Shown here piece by piece: positions 59,605 through 64,000 of a DNA stretch of 64,000 nt; the stretch's first letter is position 1; every line of letters starts with the position of its first letter. Both the position numbers and the translations under genes were made by a program. The notes beneath the pieces were generated by a model. It was not told the DNA's origin. It was given only the letters and a program-made list of their open reading frames with translations, and did no database searches. Origin of the DNA: a virus (taxonomy: Duplodnaviria > Heunggongvirae > Uroviricota > Caudoviricetes); the IMG/VR virus record IMGVR_UViG_3300035502_000737, one strand, 5' to 3'.

Positions 59605-62064
59605 ATGTTAGGAAAAGAAATAAGAAGCTACCACCATCTGAACAGACTGACGAATTATGAGAAGGCCATCAAGATGCTCTACATAGCCAACGGAAGAGTG
59701 GACTATGCAAAGGCTATCAAGTGCAATTCTCGTGACTATGACGGGGAACCTTTCTGTACCATTATGTTCTTCAACAATAGGGTCGGTACGCCTTACTCCA
59801 AGATGTGCCGTGTAGAGGAAGAAAAAGCAAGGGACATATATGAGGACTTGATGAAAAATGAGTTTTCCCGTTGCTTGTGGATTTACAACTTCGAAGACGG
59901 TTTCGGTTCAATACAAGGCAGATTAATCCTTATTGACGAGGATATGGAAAAGGAGTATGCGGAGTTCAAGAAACAGAACCCGAAGATTTTCGGTTCCATC
60001 TTCGAAAAGTATTCTGTATCTGATAGTCCCACCTTGCTCTATTTCTACATTGTGTGCGAAGGCTCTCCCAACCTCTTCAATTGGATGTGCATCAATAGGT
60101 ACAAACATCGCATAATAAGAAGTGCGATTTCCATTGCCACAAATTGGTGTGTGAACAACAAAGAACTACTCAAAAAACTCTCTAGAGGCACTCCTACCGC
60201 TTATAACGGTGATGATGGTATAACCCTACTCATGGAGGAATTTACTGTCTTAAAACGCCTTAAAAGGGCTAGCATGACGATTTCTAAGTTCAATACCGCG
60301 CAGAAGAAACTCTTAAAGGAAGCTACACTTGGAGATAACGACATTCTCACGTTGAGCCGTTTCCTCAAACTGAGCGAAACGAAGCAGTTGAATTTCGTTA
60401 GAAAGATGTCTACGGTTGACAGCGCGGATGAAATCTTACACAATATGGAACTGCTCACCATGTCGAAGTTCCAATGGTCCAAGGAATCTTTGTTTGCTTA
60501 TATGGAGGCCAATTCAGACAACTTCAATATAGAAATCGTATATGACAATGGGGATGTGGTTGTTATCATGGTGAAGGACTTCGAGACTATCAAGCATCTT
60601 GCCAAGACGACGAATTGGTGCATATCCAAGAACAAAAGGTATTGGGACGATTATCTTGACAATTATGGCGATACCCATAACAAAATAAGACAGTACATGA
60701 TGTTCGATTTCTCCAAAAATGAGGATGACGAACTTTCCATTGTTGGATTCACCACGAAAACCAATTATGGAATCACGCATGCCCATTCATTCACCAACAA
60801 GAACATGATTCGTGACACCATGCTTGTGGATGGCGTGAATTCATTCCGAAGGAAAACGGAACTTGAGATTGTTAGCGAGCTTGAGGATAGAAACATTCCC
60901 GTGGACAAGTTCTTCGAAATTTCGAAATACTTGTTCGATTGGAACAAGGATGCGTTCCTTAAGTTCTTGGAGAAAAATTTCAATGACTCTTACTATGACA
61001 TCTTGTACGATGAGGGGAATGAGTTGTTCATATCAGTATCTGTCGATTACGTTAAATATATCGTCGGAGAGGGATTCTACAAGTCCATACGGTATGATAT
61101 GGATGACGTTTCCGATAGGGCTCTTATCGCATTTGACTTCAGCAAGTCACTTGTCGACCCCGACCACATGCTGTATATGGCAGCTGGAAAGATGTACGGC
61201 GATGATTCCGAGTGCCAACGAAAGGTATACAATTCCTTATATCAATCCACTTCGCTAAGCGTGAATGCCCTATTGAAAAAGTACGGTCTTCCCTTTAATA
61301 CCTTGAAAAGGGCTGACAGCTTGGAAAATAAGTTCAGAACGGCGTTGTATGACTTCAATGTCTCTGAGCTTGATTCCATCTTAAAGAGCAAGGAGTTCAA
61401 GAAATACGTAAAGGAGGGAAAATGCCACAAGTACTGCTCGGACATATACAGTCCTATACAGCGTTCTATCTATGACGTAAAGACAATGGATGTGTTGGAC
61501 TGCCTCATTCGGAACAATATCGAGCTGAAGGACTTGATTGTTCCCGTGTACATTGATAACTTGGTGTCAGACCTCGCTTATTCGGTGAAGGATTACTACA
61601 ACGAGAAGATGTTCATTCCGACAGAGAAAGACTTGGAACATCTGTTCGACGATTCATTGGATGAAATCTCAACCGACCTCATCGGATATTACTTCTCGTT
61701 CAAGAAATTGCTTGAAACCATCAAAGACCATTCCCTTGATGCCCCTCTCACGAATACCATCGAGTGTTTTTCAAGGAACAACGATAACAAGTGCATGAAA
61801 GAGCTTGCGGTCTTATTGGCAAGAAAGTTCATTTACAATGACTCCCTATACGAGGCGAATGATTTGGGAATGATTAGGTCTTTCCTCACATACTTGGCCT
61901 ATTCAAGGAATGAAGAGGCGGTTAAAGAGCTGTTGGATGCCAATATGTCAAAGGCACTCGTGAAACATGTATTTGACGTACTCCCAAGCGATTGGATGGA
62001 GATGAAGGAGAAGTTTCAAAAGAAATTAGAATCTTTGTCAGAAAATCAGGAAGAAAAAGTTTAG
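59605..62064 (+). CDS. large hypothetical protein (start ATG 59605; ORF-track 59518)
   Basis: 820-aa ORF, no recognised motifs. Confidence 0.5.
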   Translation: MLGKEIRSYHHLNRLTNYEKAIKMLYIANGRVDYAKAIKCNSRDYDGEPFCTIMFFNNRVGTPYSKMCRVEEEKARDIYEDLMKNEFSRCLWIYNFEDGFGSIQGRLILIDEDMEKEYAEFKKQNPKIFGSIFEKYSVSDSPTLLYFYIVCEGSPNLFNWMCINRYKHRIIRSAISIATNWCVNNKELLKKLSRGTPTAYNGDDGITLLMEEFTVLKRLKRASMTISKFNTAQKKLLKEATLGDNDILTLSRFLKLSETKQLNFVRKMSTVDSADEILHNMELLTMSKFQWSKESLFAYMEANSDNFNIEIVYDNGDVVVIMVKDFETIKHLAKTTNWCISKNKRYWDDYLDNYGDTHNKIRQYMMFDFSKNEDDELSIVGFTTKTNYGITHAHSFTNKNMIRDTMLVDGVNSFRRKTELEIVSELEDRNIPVDKFFEISKYLFDWNKDAFLKFLEKNFNDSYYDILYDEGNELFISVSVDYVKYIVGEGFYKSIRYDMDDVSDRALIAFDFSKSLVDPDHMLYMAAGKMYGDDSECQRKVYNSLYQSTSLSVNALLKKYGLPFNTLKRADSLENKFRTALYDFNVSELDSILKSKEFKKYVKEGKCHKYCSDIYSPIQRSIYDVKTMDVLDCLIRNNIELKDLIVPVYIDNLVSDLAYSVKDYYNEKMFIPTEKDLEHLFDDSLDEISTDLIGYYFSFKKLLETIKDHSLDAPLTNTIECFSRNNDNKCMKELAVLLARKFIYNDSLYEANDLGMIRSFLTYLAYSRNEEAVKELLDANMSKALVKHVFDVLPSDWMEMKEKFQKKLESLSENQEEKV

Positions 62065-62117
62065 CCTCCCTTGTTTGTTAACATTATTTAGTACTTCCAA
62101 CTTGATATTAAAAAAAC

Positions 62118-62140
62118 CTTTGTATATCTTTGCGATGTTG
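62118..62140 (+). promoter_or_regulatory. phage consensus promoter (aacctttgtatatctttgcgatg)
   Basis: motif upstream of 62149. Confidence 0.45.
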
Positions 62141-62148
62141 GAAGACGA

Positions 62149-62367
62149 GTGAAAAAAACACGATTAACAATCTTTACTATGATATTCGTAAAGTCATTCT
62201 TCCTTTTCCTTAGTGTGCTCTTCAGCGCACTTTACCTCGACATGAAAGTAAGCAGTATTGTTAAGCTTTTGGCATTGAGAGAGGAAGAGGATAAGAAATC
62301 CACAAAGACCATATTGATTACAATGCTCCTTGCAGCGGTTTGTATCGCTGTGACGTCCGTGCTGTGA
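62149..62367 (+). CDS. small membrane protein
   Basis: two hydrophobic segments. Confidence 0.3.
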   Translation: MKKTRLTIFTMIFVKSFFLFLSVLFSALYLDMKVSSIVKLLALREEEDKKSTKTILITMLLAAVCIAVTSVL

Positions 62368-62445
62368 CCGATATTGGTATTTATCAAAACTTTTAACAAA
62401 TTGAGAACGACACGTTATTAAAAACAATTTTAATGAAAAACAACA

Positions 62446-64000
62446 ATGTCAGAAGTTAACTATTCAAAAAAGCAACTCAGTCCGCTGATTGCTAAGTACA
62501 AGATTGACGAGGAAACGAGTGAGGTGTTCAAGGGTATCATCACGATGTTCGAAGGGCAGACCAACTATCAGCTGTGGGCTATTAAGTTGGTGTACAGCGG
62601 AACTTGCACCTTCGACACGTTGAAGCAGATTCAAGCGTGGGCTGATGCGAACCAAACGATGATTCAGCGTCTTTCCAAGAAAAACATCACATCATACACA
62701 TCCAAACGTGATATCGGCATCTTGTTTGAGGAGATGGAAGGTCTTACGATGGTTTCTGAAACGAAGCACGTCATCGACACCTTCAACACCGCTCAAAGAA
62801 AGATGATGGAAGCCGTCTTGCCGAAGGATGGTGCGTCTGCGCTTAAGTCGCCATTATTTAAACGCTGGAACGGCCTTCTCATGAAAATGAATATGTTGCC
62901 TCAACATAAGAAGGATAACCTTATCCGTACATCAAGCGCATTGTATGACCTCGACGAGCTGTTTGACCATATTTCCGTGGCTTTGAAGAAGTCATACGTA
63001 TGGAACAGAGAGGATATGCTTTCCTATTTGTCCATCAACGCTTCCGATTGCGAAGTGGTGTTTGACAAGGATAATGTGGTGGTTGTCAAGGTTCCTAGCT
63101 TTGCTTCAAGCGAGGCACTTTGCGGTGGCGGACGTACGGGTTGGTGTTTGACTCGTGGCGAAAGCTACTTCCGCCAATACGTGACAGAGCCGAAACATGC
63201 CTCTCAGTTCTTCCTTTTCAACTTCAACTTGGCTGAGAAAGATAATTTGGCACATATCGGATTCACCGTGCAAGGCGGACGCGGAATCACAAATGCGCAT
63301 GCCACCAACAACAACTCCATGATTGGAGGCATAGATTATGTCGACAAGAACGGAAATAAGTCAAGAATTGATATCTTCAAGGCATTGAGAGATTTCAACG
63401 TTCCTAGCAAGGTGTACATCAGCCTCGAAAAGCTTGTCAACTTCAAGTGGGACATGGAGGATATCTTGAAGATGTTGGAAAAGAACAATGAGAAATATTC
63501 CATTGCATACGCAAAGGACAACATCATTATCATCAATCTGCTTGCAGCTGATTCTTACAGAAAGCTTCTTGGCCACACATATATTGACGAAAGTTTTTTG
63601 AGCAACACTCAAGAGATGAAGATATATGCCGTATTCAATCTTGCAAAGGAATATGATGGCGAGAACGCTGCCTTTGTGCTGCGCTTCAAGAAGGACCGAT
63701 ATGGCATTGAGTCACTTGTCGACGCGAAGTCTTCGTTTGGCAACAGAATCGAAGGGCTCGAAGTGCTTGGCGAGGTTGGCCTTGCAATCAGCGATTTCTT
63801 GAACCGTGAACAGATTGACCCGAAGGTGATGCTGCATAAGCTCATCGACGAGAAGGACGAGAAGGCTGCCGTCGAATTGATTGAGAAGGAAGGCGACAAG
63901 TTCGACGTGAACTATGAGTTCGAGAACAACGTTCCCGTATTCTGCGCCATTGAGAATAAGATGTTCAAACTATTTGACAAGATTGTCAAACACAAGAACT
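62446..64000 (+). CDS. large hypothetical protein, 3' end beyond window (absent from ORF track because no stop)
   Basis: frame open from ATG 62446 to window end (>518 codons, manually translated). Confidence 0.5.
   Translation, partial: MSEVNYSKKQLSPLIAKYKIDEETSEVFKGIITMFEGQTNYQLWAIKLVYSGTCTFDTLKQIQAWADANQTMIQRLSKKNITSYTSKRDIGILFEEMEGLTMVSETKHVIDTFNTAQRKMMEAVLPKDGASALKSPLFKRWNGLLMKMNMLPQHKKDNLIRTSSALYDLDELFDHISVALKKSYVWNREDMLSYLSINASDCEVVFDKDNVVVVKVPSFASSEALCGGGRTGWCLTRGESYFRQYVTEPKHASQFFLFNFNLAEKDNLAHIGFTVQGGRGITNAHATNNNSMIGGIDYVDKNGNKSRIDIFKALRDFNVPSKVYISLEKLVNFKWDMEDILKMLEKNNEKYSIAYAKDNIIIINLLAADSYRKLLGHTYIDESFLSNTQEMKIYAVFNLAKEYDGENAAFVLRFKKDRYGIESLVDAKSSFGNRIEGLEVLGEVGLAISDFLNREQIDPKVMLHKLIDEKDEKAAVELIEKEGDKFDVNYEFENNVPVFCAIENKMFKLFDKIVKHKN

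Overview
This is a densely coded, almost entirely plus-strand dsDNA bacteriophage region, probably from a large phage of a Bacteroidetes host. About 16 genes are preceded by the Bacteroidetes sigma-A -7 element (TAnnTTTG), here extended to tTTtaTATCTTTGCaatgtgaaa.

The main blocks, in order:
- 1-7.8 kb: four very large co-directional ORFs of unknown function (structural-like), closed by a hairpin terminator.
- 7.9-15 kb: a replication/recombination module with an SbcD/Mre11-like nuclease, a DNA primase, a RuvC-like resolvase, an extremely AT-rich palindromic origin-like region and an SbcC/Rad50-like ATPase.
- 15.1-15.9 kb and 41.1-42.0 kb: two phage-encoded sigma-70-family sigma factors.
- 22.4-27.9 kb: a complete diversity-generating retroelement (DGR). 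It comprises a 705-aa target protein with a C-terminal variable repeat (VR), a template repeat (TR) about 2 kb downstream, and a reverse transcriptase carrying the DGR-type IGxxxSQ motif. The VR and TR differ at 12 positions, all of which are TR adenines. A GC-rich hairpin pair lies 3' of the VR, and four tandem promoter-driven short non-coding units sit in the VR-TR spacer.
- 29.9-31.5 kb and 52.9-54.2 kb: two TnpB/Cas12-like RuvC nucleases with no CRISPR array, the second inserted in the tRNA array.
- 31.6-36.8 kb: an accessory gene set with an SPFH lipoprotein, an HNH endonuclease, a ClpP-like protease, a ThyX-like protein, a T5orf172 protein, a PD-(D/E)XK-like nuclease and a dual-specificity phosphatase.
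- 38.3-49.9 kb: a host-takeover/translation module with DnaJ, IF-3, a vWA protein, a YqeY/GatB-like protein, tyrosyl-tRNA synthetase, SSB, a TelA-like protein and an S24 LexA-like peptidase.
- 50.1-55.0 kb: an array of 11 tRNAs plus two degenerate tRNA-like elements, interleaved with two HNH endonucleases.
- 55.3-64.0 kb: moron-like secreted genes (a NUDIX hydrolase, OMP-like, OmpA-like and small lipoproteins) with their own promoters and terminators, an M20-family peptidase-like protein, an 848-aa ORF, and a long ORF running off the window end.

The DGR, with its unusual spacer, is the most notable system in the window.
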